DNA from: Elusimicrobiota bacterium
Lineage (GTDB): Bacteria; CG03; SLGR01; JAGXOG01
Reading direction: 5' to 3'
Assembly: GCA_051745145.1 (NCBI GenBank)
Contig: JBNJDT010000001.1
Span: forward strand, 41,645 to 105,644
Length of the DNA stretch: 64,000 bases
Shown: one piece after another, positions 29,296 to 38,255 of the stretch
Layout of the letters: each line of letters begins with the position of its first letter
Numbering within the stretch: the first letter of the stretch is position 1
Position numbers and translations under genes: made by a program
Notes under the pieces: model-generated
What the model was told of the DNA's origin: nothing
The model's input: the letters and a program-made list of their open reading frames with translations, nothing else
Database searches by the model: none

Positions 29296-31164
29296 ATGGC
29301 TATATTCGGAAAAGACAAGGAAAAATTCAAGGAATTGGAAGAACAGGTGGTCCGGTTAAAAAAAGAGATTTCTTCTTTAGAAAGCAAGGTCAAACAAAAA
29401 ACCGGAAAAATACACCAATTACAAAGCTGGAAAAAGTTATATAAAAATTTTAATAAGACTATCGGAATCCCTCTGGTTATCTTTTCCCCTGATTTAAAAG
29501 TAACTTTTATAAATGATAAAGCCGCAAGATTTTTTAATTCCAGGCCTTCCAGATTAAGCGGTAAAAACTGCCATGAACTTTTCTTTCCAGATTCGGACGA
29601 AGAATATAATACCGATAAAAAATTCTTTAGTGATGTTCTACTCCACTCTAAAGAAAAATTATTTCCCTGCGGTCCAAAAAATAAAAAAGTAATATCAATT
29701 TTAGATTATAATCGTATATCAGGCACACAGGATAAAGACCACATTGACTATATACTTTTTAAGGATTTAAGTTCTATAACCGGAATAAACGAGCTGTGGG
29801 AATACAGGGACGGTCAAAATTTAAAGGATGGTAAATTCACACTTCCGGTAGCCCCCAAAAGCATACCGGAAACCGGACTTAACAGAGAATTTTTGGCGGA
29901 CCTTGTCTTAAAGATATTATATTCTTACGGAGAGCTGTCCGGAGAAAAAATAAGTAAAATTTTGTGTCTGCCTTTTAAAAACATAGTGGAAAATATACTT
30001 TCCTATTTAAATAAAGGCGATGCCTATATAACCAGTATTTCTGTTTCTAAAGAAAAAGTGGGCTCACCGGCGCTTTACCCCTATAAACTTACCCAGACCG
30101 GTTTAGCACGCACAAAAGAAATTATGGAAAGAAATAAGTATGTAGGGCCGGCCCCCGTACCTATTGAAAAATACCGCGAAATTATAAACAGTCAAAAAAG
30201 GCTGTCTCATGATGTCACTACCCAGGACATACAAGATTCACTTTCAGATTTAGTGCTCGGGCAAGATTTAATCAGAAAACTTACTATTGCGTTAACATCA
30301 AAAGAAACCGTCTTTCTTCACGGCCCACCGGGAAATGGTAAAAGTACTATTTCAAAAACCTGCAGCAATATTTACCGGGACAAAGTCCTTATCCCCCATG
30401 CTATAGAAGTTGATTCTCAAATAATAAAAGTTTTTGATCCGGTATACCATAAAAAGATATATAAAGATAACACCGGAGAGAATGAGCTGCATAAAAAAGG
30501 CTATATAAAAGAGAGTTTTTCGCTGTTTAAAAAGAAGAACCGCCAGTTTGACAGGAGATGGAATATGTGCAAAAGCCCTCTTATCGTAGCCGGCGGAGAA
30601 CTTACACTGGATGATCTGGAATTAAAATACGATCCTATTTCTAAATTTTATGAGGCCCCCCTTCAGATAAAAGCAAACGGCGGAGCACTGGTAATAGATG
30701 ACTTTGGCAGGCAAAAAGTAAGTCCCGAAGCCCTTCTAAACAGATGGATGGTCCCTCTTGAAGAAAAGATAGATTATGTAAGAATGCATACCGGCAAACA
30801 GGTAATTATTCCCCTGGACCAGATTCTACTGTTTTCCACAAATCTGAAACCCGAAAATCTGGGAGATGAGGCTTTTTTCAGACGTCTTAAAAATAAAATT
30901 TTTGTCAAGGATCCAACGGAAGAACAATTTCGCGAAATATTTCAGATGGCCTGCCGGGATTTTGATTTTAAAACTTCGCCTCAAATTGAAGAATATGTGA
31001 TTCGAAAAATTAAAGATGCCGAGCTCAATTTAAGAGGATATATCCCCAGGGATCTGCTAAAGAATGCGGCGGCAATATCATCAATCGATGCCCCAAAAAC
31101 CGAAAAGACAAAGCCCTTAAAAAAGGAAATTATTGACGAAGCATTTGAAAACTGTTTTCTATAG
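29296..31164 (+). CDS. Coiled-coil plus PAS plus AAA ATPase (family often found at Flp pilus loci)
   Basis: PAS-like IFSPDLKVTFINDKAARFF...GKNCHELF; YVGPAPVP, GPPGNGKS, GGELTL, YEAPLQIKANGG, IDDFGRQ, LNRW, FSTNL, DEAFFRR. Confidence 0.75.
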   Translation: MAIFGKDKEKFKELEEQVVRLKKEISSLESKVKQKTGKIHQLQSWKKLYKNFNKTIGIPLVIFSPDLKVTFINDKAARFFNSRPSRLSGKNCHELFFPDSDEEYNTDKKFFSDVLLHSKEKLFPCGPKNKKVISILDYNRISGTQDKDHIDYILFKDLSSITGINELWEYRDGQNLKDGKFTLPVAPKSIPETGLNREFLADLVLKILYSYGELSGEKISKILCLPFKNIVENILSYLNKGDAYITSISVSKEKVGSPALYPYKLTQTGLARTKEIMERNKYVGPAPVPIEKYREIINSQKRLSHDVTTQDIQDSLSDLVLGQDLIRKLTIALTSKETVFLHGPPGNGKSTISKTCSNIYRDKVLIPHAIEVDSQIIKVFDPVYHKKIYKDNTGENELHKKGYIKESFSLFKKKNRQFDRRWNMCKSPLIVAGGELTLDDLELKYDPISKFYEAPLQIKANGGALVIDDFGRQKVSPEALLNRWMVPLEEKIDYVRMHTGKQVIIPLDQILLFSTNLKPENLGDEAFFRRLKNKIFVKDPTEEQFREIFQMACRDFDFKTSPQIEEYVIRKIKDAELNLRGYIPRDLLKNAAAISSIDAPKTEKTKPLKKEIIDEAFENCFL

Positions 31165-31267
31165 TAAAAAATTTTGACAATTATATAACAATTTGCTAAA
31201 AAATAATTTGTTAGATTGTTTAATAGCGTAATACATACATATTTAAATTTTTAAAAAGGAGTTGGTC

Positions 31268-31912
31268 ATGTTTTCTCGAAAAAAAGAAAAAAAAGTTCAA
31301 AAATTAATTAAAGAACACTTTAAAGCTGTCTCCCAGACAGTTAAGAGTATGGAAGATACAATAGAAAGCTACCTCAAAGAAGATATCGGAGAGCCCGGTG
31401 AATTTGCTTACAAAACTCATGAATTTGAAAGTAACGCCGACTCTTTAAGAAGAGAAATAATAGAGACCCTTTACAAAGGTGCTTTTTTCCCTTCCATTAG
31501 AGAAGATCTGGTAAATTTTGTGGCAAGACAGGATAATATCGCCGATGCGGCTGAATCCTGCTGTGATTTTATCATTTCTCAACATCCGGAGGTTCCCGAT
31601 AAATACACTGAAGATATTTTAAAACTAGCCCGGGCTTCTTATGAGACTCTTCCCCCCTTGGAAAAAGCAGTTACCCATTACTTTAACGACTATAAGGAAG
31701 TTAAAAAATATATTAAGGAAGTTAATACTAAAGAAGAAGATGCCGATACAATGGAATGGCATCTTACCGAAGAAATTTTTAAAAGTAAAGATATTTCCCT
31801 TGCCGAAAAAATGCATATTAACGAATTCATATTTCATATTGTGCATATATCCGATATAATTGAAGATGCGGCCGATATGCTCGATTCGGTTATCATAAAG
31901 AAAAGTATTTAA
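31268..31912 (+). CDS. DUF47/TIGR00153 PhoU-like protein
   Basis: ESNADSLRREI...LY.GAFFP..REDL...DNIAD and EEDAD...ISDIIEDAAD; ATG 31268 follows AGGAG. Confidence 0.8.
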   Translation: MFSRKKEKKVQKLIKEHFKAVSQTVKSMEDTIESYLKEDIGEPGEFAYKTHEFESNADSLRREIIETLYKGAFFPSIREDLVNFVARQDNIADAAESCCDFIISQHPEVPDKYTEDILKLARASYETLPPLEKAVTHYFNDYKEVKKYIKEVNTKEEDADTMEWHLTEEIFKSKDISLAEKMHINEFIFHIVHISDIIEDAADMLDSVIIKKSI

Positions 31913-31951
31913 CTTTTTTATACATAAAAATATTCAAGTTTTACATTAAAG

Positions 31952-32314
31952 ATGGCTGAGCTGCTTGACAAAAATAAGAATCATATTGCTGAAGTTTCTA
32001 TGGCGGATACTTTTTTAAAAAAGCTTCTGGGGCTGATGTTCAAAAAAGATATTCCCTACAATGTGGCTCACTATTTTCCGGGTACAGCTTTAATTCACAT
32101 GTTTTTTATGAGATTTTCTATAGATGTCGTATATTTAAAGTCTATTAAAAAAAAATCTGCACAGAAAAAATTTAAGATAGTGAAAATAGTTAAAGCTCTT
32201 AAACCCTGGAGGATTTCCGGCTCCCTGAAAGCTGATTCGCTTTTAGAATTAAAAGCCGGGAGTACGGCAGTAAAAAAAATAAAAAAAAATGAATTTGTCT
32301 TTATCAAAAATTAA
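31952..32314 (+). CDS. DUF192 family protein
   Basis: ADTF...LGLMF, IHMFFMRFSIDVVYL, LKPWR, LELKAG. Confidence 0.85.
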   Translation: MAELLDKNKNHIAEVSMADTFLKKLLGLMFKKDIPYNVAHYFPGTALIHMFFMRFSIDVVYLKSIKKKSAQKKFKIVKIVKALKPWRISGSLKADSLLELKAGSTAVKKIKKNEFVFIKN

Positions 32315-32332
32315 TAAAAGTTTGAATATCCC

Positions 32333-32863
32333 ATGCTGAAAGAATATCTTACTCCCGTAAATATTACTCTTTTATTTTTAATTATTACAACTACCTTTAC
32401 GGATTTAAAATATCAGAAAATTTACAACCATTTTACCTTTCCCTGCATAATATTGGGATGGGGCTTTAACTTAATGGAAAACGGATTTATTGAAGGTTTT
32501 TACAGAACTGCTTTTTTAGGATTTCTTGCCGGAGGGGCCCTTCTTTTCATTTTTTACATGGCCGGGGGGATGGGGGCCGGTGATGTGAAATTTTTAGCTG
32601 CAGTCGGCGCTCTTAAAGGCCCTCACTTTGTATTCAATGCTACACTTCACGGTGCTATATTAGGTGGTGTATTTACAGTGCTCTATCTATTATTTACCGG
32701 TCATCTTATTGAAACTATCTCCAACACTGCTACGATAATATACAGAACCTTGACTTTAAAAAAATTAAATGTACAATCAAAAGAAATGGAGGGGGTTTAT
32801 CTCCCGTACGGTTTTTTTCTAAGTTTAGGTGTAGTTTCCTGGTTTTTAATTAATAAATTATGA
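32333..32863 (+). CDS. cpaA: Prepilin peptidase CpaA/TadV (A24)
   Basis: TDLKYQKIYN, GGMGAGDVKF (catalytic Asp pair), LPYG. Confidence 0.92.
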   Translation: MLKEYLTPVNITLLFLIITTTFTDLKYQKIYNHFTFPCIILGWGFNLMENGFIEGFYRTAFLGFLAGGALLFIFYMAGGMGAGDVKFLAAVGALKGPHFVFNATLHGAILGGVFTVLYLLFTGHLIETISNTATIIYRTLTLKKLNVQSKEMEGVYLPYGFFLSLGVVSWFLINKL

Positions 32864-34005
32864 TAAAAAAAATTTTAAATAAAATTGTAGTAAGTGCGGC
32901 AATAAAATTAGGGGTAGTATCATTTTTTATTATTGCTATAATGCTGTTCTTTTTAATGAATACCCCTCTCGAGGAAACCCGCAAAGAATTAGACGGACAG
33001 CTCATTTCTATAGGTACAAATCTAGTTGAAGCCTACCAGACAGACACAGAAAATGCCATTATTAAAAAAGATGATATAAGTCTTAATGAATATATGAGCC
33101 AGATAATGGGATTTCCAAGAACACGGTTTGCCATGGTCCTTGATCCGGACGGTTATGTAAAAGCCCACAACGATATGCAAGAATGGGGAGAACAGTACAA
33201 AGACAGTGAAACTTTAGAAGTTTTGAGGGATCGGGAGTTTACAATATACAGGCGCCAGCATGACGGTGAACCTCTTTTTGAACTTGTGCAGCCCTTAAGA
33301 AGTTCCTACGGTGAATTTATCGGGGTTCTCCGGGTTGGGTTTTCGGCAGAAGGAATAACCAGTACTATGGAAAGCTTAAAAGCCCAAACCCGTAAAATGA
33401 TTGTCCTCTGGGCCCTTATAATAGCCTTTGTAGTGGGACTTGCATCCAAACAGATAACTCTCTACGGCGCACCTAAAATAAAATATATTCTAAATACTAT
33501 AATGGCCGAACGCTGGGATGAAGAGGAGAAAAAACAGTCTAAAATTATTGATAAAAAAGATGAGTGGGGCGCCCTGGCCAGACACTGTGATTACATGGCT
33601 AAACGTATAGAAGATGAGAAGGAAGTATATAAAGATAAAGCAGAGCAAACTTCTAAAAACCTGAAAAGTTTTATCCACAATATTGGAAAAGCTTTTAAAT
33701 CCGGCGCGGTATTGGCAAATTCTGAGAATAAAGTTGTCTATATCAATGATACGGCCAGACATATTCTTTCTATAGATTCGGCCAGTGAAGTTCATGGCAA
33801 TCACATAGCCTCAATCTTTAAATCCCGCAAACTTGTAGAATTATTCCAAAAAAGTCTAAAAAGCCCCAATCAATTGTTAACCAAAAAATTAGATGACCCG
33901 GAAGTCACGGTTTCCTGCGTAGGTATTCATTCTGAAGATGGCGATCTTATAAGTGTTCTTGTTCTTTTAGAACGAAGAAATGAGCCGCGGCCAGATTCAG
34001 CTTAA
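32860..34005 (+). CDS. Membrane sensor-like protein (TM-Cache-like-TM-HAMP-PAS) lacking an output domain
   Basis: Two TM segments flanking VLDPDGYVKAH...PL....GVLRVGFS; HAMP-like KDEWGALA; PAS-like GAVLAN..NKVVYINDTARHIL; no HisKA/HATPase motifs. Confidence 0.6.
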   Translation: MIKKILNKIVVSAAIKLGVVSFFIIAIMLFFLMNTPLEETRKELDGQLISIGTNLVEAYQTDTENAIIKKDDISLNEYMSQIMGFPRTRFAMVLDPDGYVKAHNDMQEWGEQYKDSETLEVLRDREFTIYRRQHDGEPLFELVQPLRSSYGEFIGVLRVGFSAEGITSTMESLKAQTRKMIVLWALIIAFVVGLASKQITLYGAPKIKYILNTIMAERWDEEEKKQSKIIDKKDEWGALARHCDYMAKRIEDEKEVYKDKAEQTSKNLKSFIHNIGKAFKSGAVLANSENKVVYINDTARHILSIDSASEVHGNHIASIFKSRKLVELFQKSLKSPNQLLTKKLDDPEVTVSCVGIHSEDGDLISVLVLLERRNEPRPDSA

Positions 34006-34057
34006 CTTATTTTTTTCTGTACTATTTTTAGTTTATAAATTACCAAGGTAAGAATAA

Positions 34058-35245
34058 ATGTCCAATGACCCCTTAAATAAAAATACGCAATCTAATAAAA
34101 ATTTAACTACTCTGGTACATTTACTGGCTGTAATTGTTATTACCGGTCTACTCTTTACCACTGCTGATATATATTTACAGTTTACCGACGTTGGGGAATC
34201 ATTCCACAATAAAATATGGCCACCGGTTATTATAATTGACAGTAATCCCTCTATGGCCGATATTAAATTATTAGATGAAAACAATGAAGTTTTGAAATCT
34301 GCAATCACTCCTTTACAAATAAGAGATATTCAACCGGGAAATTATAATTTAAAATTATCTAAATTAAACTGGGGAGAAACTGCCCGAAAATTTACAGTAA
34401 AAAAGACAGATTCCGGTAAAAGACAATTTTCCATACCTGATTCCAAAAAACTGGATAAGAATTACATTATCCCGTTTAAAGTAAAATTTTCCATTAAATC
34501 CCGTCCCCAAAAAGCTGACATCTTTATAGATGACAAAAAAGTGGGACAGACTCCCTATTCTGATTTTATAAATGTAGGAACTTACGATATCAGACTTGAA
34601 AAAGAAGGTTTTACTACTATCGGGGATCAATCGGCCAGTCTCGGCTCATGTATAATAGATATGACCGCACGGCTGGACCAACAGGATCAGATGGATTCCC
34701 GTTTCTGGACCATTTCAGAAAAAGAAAATGTTCCCAAGCATCTAATTTTAACAGGCTTTTTTCGTAAAAATTATAAGATAACTTCCAACCCTTCTAATGC
34801 AAAAATTTATGTAAACTCAAAAATACAGGGAAAAACACCGATAAAAGATTTATCTTTACCGGCCGGCAGATACCATATAAAAATAATTAAAGGCGGCTAC
34901 AATGAATGGTCCAAAATTGTAGAAGTTACGGGTAACGATACTAATTCTATAACAGCGAATTTAACTAAAAAAATCGCCAAGCCTAATGTTAATGTTTACA
35001 GAGGAAAACCGGGGAGCGGCGTAGCACCTCCTTCCGCAACAGGTTCTGATTCACATGAAGATATTTGGAACTTGGGTAATCAGGAAAATCTCCCCAATAA
35101 TATTAACGGTCTTATGAATAAAATTCCCAATTTACCGATGCTTCCCAATAATTTATCCAATTCAAGTGGCGGCTGCGAACCCTATACCGGTAATCTTAGC
35201 GATCTTGGTACTATCGGTCCTATCGGTGGCGGCTGCGGTAAATGA
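34058..35245 (+). CDS. PEGA domain-containing membrane-anchored protein
   Basis: N-terminal TM; three PEGA-like repeats (IDSNP...TP...PGNY, IKSRP..ADIFID...GQTP...GTY, ITSNP.NAKIYVN...GKTP...GRY). Confidence 0.8.
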   Translation: MSNDPLNKNTQSNKNLTTLVHLLAVIVITGLLFTTADIYLQFTDVGESFHNKIWPPVIIIDSNPSMADIKLLDENNEVLKSAITPLQIRDIQPGNYNLKLSKLNWGETARKFTVKKTDSGKRQFSIPDSKKLDKNYIIPFKVKFSIKSRPQKADIFIDDKKVGQTPYSDFINVGTYDIRLEKEGFTTIGDQSASLGSCIIDMTARLDQQDQMDSRFWTISEKENVPKHLILTGFFRKNYKITSNPSNAKIYVNSKIQGKTPIKDLSLPAGRYHIKIIKGGYNEWSKIVEVTGNDTNSITANLTKKIAKPNVNVYRGKPGSGVAPPSATGSDSHEDIWNLGNQENLPNNINGLMNKIPNLPMLPNNLSNSSGGCEPYTGNLSDLGTIGPIGGGCGK

Positions 35246-35323
35246 TAATGAAAAAAAATTTACAACATTTTTAGTAAGCCGGCTTATAAATAAAGGATAA
35301 AAATATTTTTTATATATCATGAT

Positions 35324-36679
35324 ATGAAAAAAGAAATTAAAATAACAATTCTTTTCCTCCTTTTTGGAATGATTCTTTCACTTAATTTTGGAAAAGTAGA
35401 AGATCCGGATTTATTCTGGCATTTAAAAACAGGAGAAGAAATAGCCGCAGAAGGTTTCGTCAGCAATGATCCCTTTTCCTGGACTTTCCCGGGAAAGGAA
35501 TGGCTTAATCACGAGTGGTTAACTCAATTTATTTTTTATACAGCCTCCCCTTCCGGAAATTTACTTCCCCTTATATTTTTAAAAATTATCTTAATAACAG
35601 CTACTTTCGGACTCTTATTTTATTTAATAGCCCAAAAATCCAGCTTTACTACGGCCACTGTATATACGGGTTTAGGAGCTATGCTTTCTTCAATAGCTTT
35701 TACTATACGCCCCTGGATATTTTCCTATTTTTTACTTGTCCTTTTTCTTCTGGCTCTTGAAAAGAAAAAATTTTATTTTATACCTATTATTTTTTTACTG
35801 TGGATAAATTTCCACGGCATATTTATTTTTGCCCTGGGAATTCTTTTTGTAGAAGCCTTAAATGAAATTATTGTGAAAAAGCGCTACCGGCTTTCAAAAA
35901 CTTTTGCTGCTTCTATCGGTATAATGCTAATAAATCCAAATGGTCTCAAAGGTTTACTTCATCCTTTCTCATATCTTTACGGCTCAACTAATATACATCT
36001 TAACTATATTATGGAATGGGCCAGTCCGGATTTTAAGGGAATATGGGGGGGGATTTTTATCATTTTTATTTTTCTTTCTATTTTTGCCCTTACCTATTCG
36101 GAAGAAAAACCAGAATTTAAAAATATGTTTCTTTTTTTTGTTTTCATGGCCTCCGGCTTACTGGCGATAAGAAATATTCCTTTTTTTGTAATTATTACCG
36201 GCATTACCGTTTCAAAATCTTTTGACAGGATCCCCGCCTTCCAAAAACCCTTAACAACCTACATCAGTATAGCCATTTTTACTCTCATTACTGTTATTTC
36301 TATTGAGGTACAGGTAAAAAAATTTTTTAACGACGGTTATATAAAAGAAAATACTTTTCCGAGCAAACCTATAACAGATAAGCTCCAAGCTAACACCGAA
36401 AATCTTGTTCACCCCTATGATTGGGGCGGATATTTAATTTATCACAATATCCCGGTTTTTATAGATGGAAGAGCTGATTTCTATCCGGGTCAGTTTTTGG
36501 AAAATTTTTTTCTTTCAACCGAACTGAAAAAAAATCCGGAAAATTTTCTAAAAAAATACAAAATAAAAAAAATTCTATGGAAAACAGAAACACCCTTCTT
36601 TTACTATCTCAACAATTCCTCACTCTGGCAAAAAATTTATTCGGATGAAATATGTGCCGTATTTAAAAAAAATAAATAA
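35324..36679 (+). CDS. GT-C-fold-like multi-pass membrane protein, putative glycosyltransferase (paralog 1)
   Basis: EDPDLFWHL..GE, DPFSWT, WLNHEWL, RP, WINFHG, NPNG, EWASP, YDWGGYL, VFIDGRADFY; many TM helices. Confidence 0.6.
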   Translation: MKKEIKITILFLLFGMILSLNFGKVEDPDLFWHLKTGEEIAAEGFVSNDPFSWTFPGKEWLNHEWLTQFIFYTASPSGNLLPLIFLKIILITATFGLLFYLIAQKSSFTTATVYTGLGAMLSSIAFTIRPWIFSYFLLVLFLLALEKKKFYFIPIIFLLWINFHGIFIFALGILFVEALNEIIVKKRYRLSKTFAASIGIMLINPNGLKGLLHPFSYLYGSTNIHLNYIMEWASPDFKGIWGGIFIIFIFLSIFALTYSEEKPEFKNMFLFFVFMASGLLAIRNIPFFVIITGITVSKSFDRIPAFQKPLTTYISIAIFTLITVISIEVQVKKFFNDGYIKENTFPSKPITDKLQANTENLVHPYDWGGYLIYHNIPVFIDGRADFYPGQFLENFFLSTELKKNPENFLKKYKIKKILWKTETPFFYYLNNSSLWQKIYSDEICAVFKKNK

Positions 36680-36749
36680 TTGAAAGCATTCACTTTTTTT
36701 TAAAAACTTTATAACTGAATTAACTTTATTATTGCCTTTAGCAGTCCAC

Positions 36750-36812
36750 AAAAGTACTAAAAAAAATAAGTACCTTAAACCGATTGACATAAACTATTAA
36801 CTATATTATAGT
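36750..36812 (+). promoter_or_regulatory. flp copy 1 promoter with upstream GTAC-N12-GTAC motif
   Basis: AAAAGTAC-N12-GTACCTT, then TTGACA (36784-36789)-17 bp-TATAGT (36807-36812). Confidence 0.75.
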
Positions 36813-36871
36813 TATAGTGAGACTAGGGAGAAAAGAATATATATTTAAATTTAAAAAAGGAGGTAAAAAAA

Positions 36872-37039
36872 ATGAAACATTTATTATGTGATGAATCAGG
36901 TCAGGGAATGACTGAGTACATTTTAATTGTTCTGTTAATTGCTATTGCCGCATTCGTTATCATGCAGGCATTTGGTAACACAATTTCAGAAGCCTTCAAC
37001 GACGCTAAGAAAACCGTACAGAACGCAAGACCTGATTAA
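36872..37039 (+). CDS. flp: Flp family type IVb/c pilin, copy 1 (55 aa)
   Basis: MKHLLCDESG|QGMTEYILIVLLIAIAAFVIMQAFGNTISEAFNDAKKTVQNARPD: G-1 cleavage site, E+5/Y+6 Flp motif, AGGAGG SD. Too short for the ORF track. Confidence 0.95.
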   Translation: MKHLLCDESGQGMTEYILIVLLIAIAAFVIMQAFGNTISEAFNDAKKTVQNARPD

Positions 37040-37066
37040 TCCCAAAATTAAGAAGGTAACAAGCAT

Positions 37067-37098
37067 ACTTCCGGAGTTTTTTATAAAGCTCCGGAAGT
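37067..37098 (+). terminator. Hairpin, probable intrinsic terminator after flp copy 1
   Basis: ACTTCCGGAG...CTCCGGAAGT perfect 10-bp stem. Confidence 0.7.
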
Positions 37099-37474
37099 TG
37101 CATTTACAATGGTCAACAAAACCTTAAAATCAAACTCCAGTATCCACTTACCTGCTGCATACCGTAGCCGCAGGATATCCAGTTAAATCCTTCTCACCAG
37201 GATATGCCCTCCTGCTGTAATTATCAAAAGTACCCACTTTGCGGATATTATCAACTTAAGATCATAAATCCGTAGTCTCCCTCCTGAAATTGAGAAAGAT
37301 TGCCCGGTACCGGTTAAACTGCTCTTATCATTGTGAGCGGAGACCAGAATAATAGTTCTGCTGACAGTAAAGCTCTAATAATTGAAATAATACAGTCAAA
37401 TTTCTATAACGTTAATTACTTCAAAAATGTAATTATTTAATAAATTATCCGGCCTATTTTTTCTAATATACCCT

Positions 37475-37537
37475 AAAAGTACTATAAATAATCAGTACCT
37501 TAAACCGATTGACATAAAAAGCTAACTGTATTATAAT
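37475..37537 (+). promoter_or_regulatory. flp copy 2 promoter (perfect sigma70 consensus) with GTAC-N12-GTAC motif
   Basis: AAAAGTAC-N12-GTACCTT; TTGACA (37509-37514)-17 bp-TATAAT (37532-37537). Confidence 0.8.
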
Positions 37538-37593
37538 TATAGTGAATTAAAGGAAAAGAGAGTGTAAGAGGAATTTAAGAGGAGGTAAAATAT

Positions 37594-37761
37594 ATGAAAC
37601 ATTTATTATGTGATGAATCAGGTCAGGGAATGACAGAATACATTTTAATTGTTCTGTTAATTGCTATTGCCGCATTCGTTATCATGCAGGCATTTGGTAA
37701 CACAATTTCAGAAGCCTTCAACGACGCTAAGAAAACCGTACAGAACGCAAGACCTGATTAA
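37594..37761 (+). CDS. flp: Flp pilin, copy 2 (protein identical to copy 1)
   Basis: Same 55-aa sequence; differs from copy 1 by synonymous ACT GAG to ACA GAA; AGGAGG SD. Confidence 0.95.
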   Translation: MKHLLCDESGQGMTEYILIVLLIAIAAFVIMQAFGNTISEAFNDAKKTVQNARPD

Positions 37762-37788
37762 TCCTACAATCAAGAAGGTAACAAGCAT

Positions 37789-37821
37789 ACTTCCGGAGTT
37801 TTTTTTAAAAGCTCCGGAAGT
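37789..37821 (+). terminator. Hairpin, probable intrinsic terminator after flp copy 2
   Basis: ACTTCCGGAG...CTCCGGAAGT followed by TGTGTTTT. Confidence 0.75.
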
Positions 37822-37887
37822 TGTGTTTTATATCATAAATTTTTAAGTAACTATTCTACAATTTCCTTCCGGTCTATTTTTAATAAC

Positions 37888-37950
37888 AAAAGTACTATAT
37901 ATAATTAGTACCTTAAACCGATTGACATAAAAAGCTAACTGTATTATAAT
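37888..37950 (+). promoter_or_regulatory. flp copy 3 promoter (perfect sigma70 consensus) with GTAC-N12-GTAC motif
   Basis: AAAAGTAC-N12-GTACCTT; TTGACA (37922-37927)-17 bp-TATAAT (37945-37950). Confidence 0.8.
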
Positions 37951-38007
37951 TATACTGTATTAAGGAAAAAGAGAATATAAGAGGAAATAATAAAGGAGGA
38001 AAAATAT

Positions 38008-38175
38008 ATGAAACATTTATTACGTGACGAATCAGGTCAGGGAATGACTGAGTACATTTTAATTGTTCTGTTAATTGCTATCGCTGCATTTGTTATCATG
38101 CAGGCATTTGGTAACACCATTTCAGAGGCTTTTAACGACGCTAAACAAACTGTAGGGAACGCAAGACCTGATTAA
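38008..38175 (+). CDS. flp: Flp pilin, copy 3 (variant: C6R, K47Q, Q50G)
   Basis: MKHLLRDESG|QGMTEYILIVLLIAIAAFVIMQAFGNTISEAFNDAKQTVGNARPD; AAGGAGG SD. Confidence 0.95.
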   Translation: MKHLLRDESGQGMTEYILIVLLIAIAAFVIMQAFGNTISEAFNDAKQTVGNARPD

Positions 38176-38202
38176 TCCTAAAATTAAGAAGGTATAAAGC
38201 AT

Positions 38203-38234
38203 ACTTCCGGAGTTTTTTTTAAAGCTCCGGAAGT
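38203..38234 (+). terminator. Hairpin, probable intrinsic terminator after flp copy 3
   Basis: ACTTCCGGAG...CTCCGGAAGT followed by TGTGTTTTTT. Confidence 0.75.
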
Positions 38235-38255
38235 TGTGTTTTTTATAAGAATTTA

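Larger units (their letters stand above)
36750..38240 (+). repeat. Three tandem direct copies of an operator-promoter-SD-flp-terminator cassette
   Basis: Near-identical blocks start at 36750, 37475 and 37888; ATG-to-ATG spacings are 722 and 414 bp. Confidence 0.95.

Noticed and set aside
36939..37127. ORF-track 62-aa ORF (and its twin at 37661-37846)
   Set aside because: Out-of-frame shadows of the real flp genes, which have an SD, an ATG and the Flp motif; they also run through the terminators.
36750..38240. Repeats as a CRISPR array or a diversity-generating retroelement TR/VR pair
   Set aside because: Units are whole ~400-bp gene cassettes, not short repeat-spacers; differences are mostly synonymous and not adenine-specific; no intact reverse transcriptase or cas gene is present.
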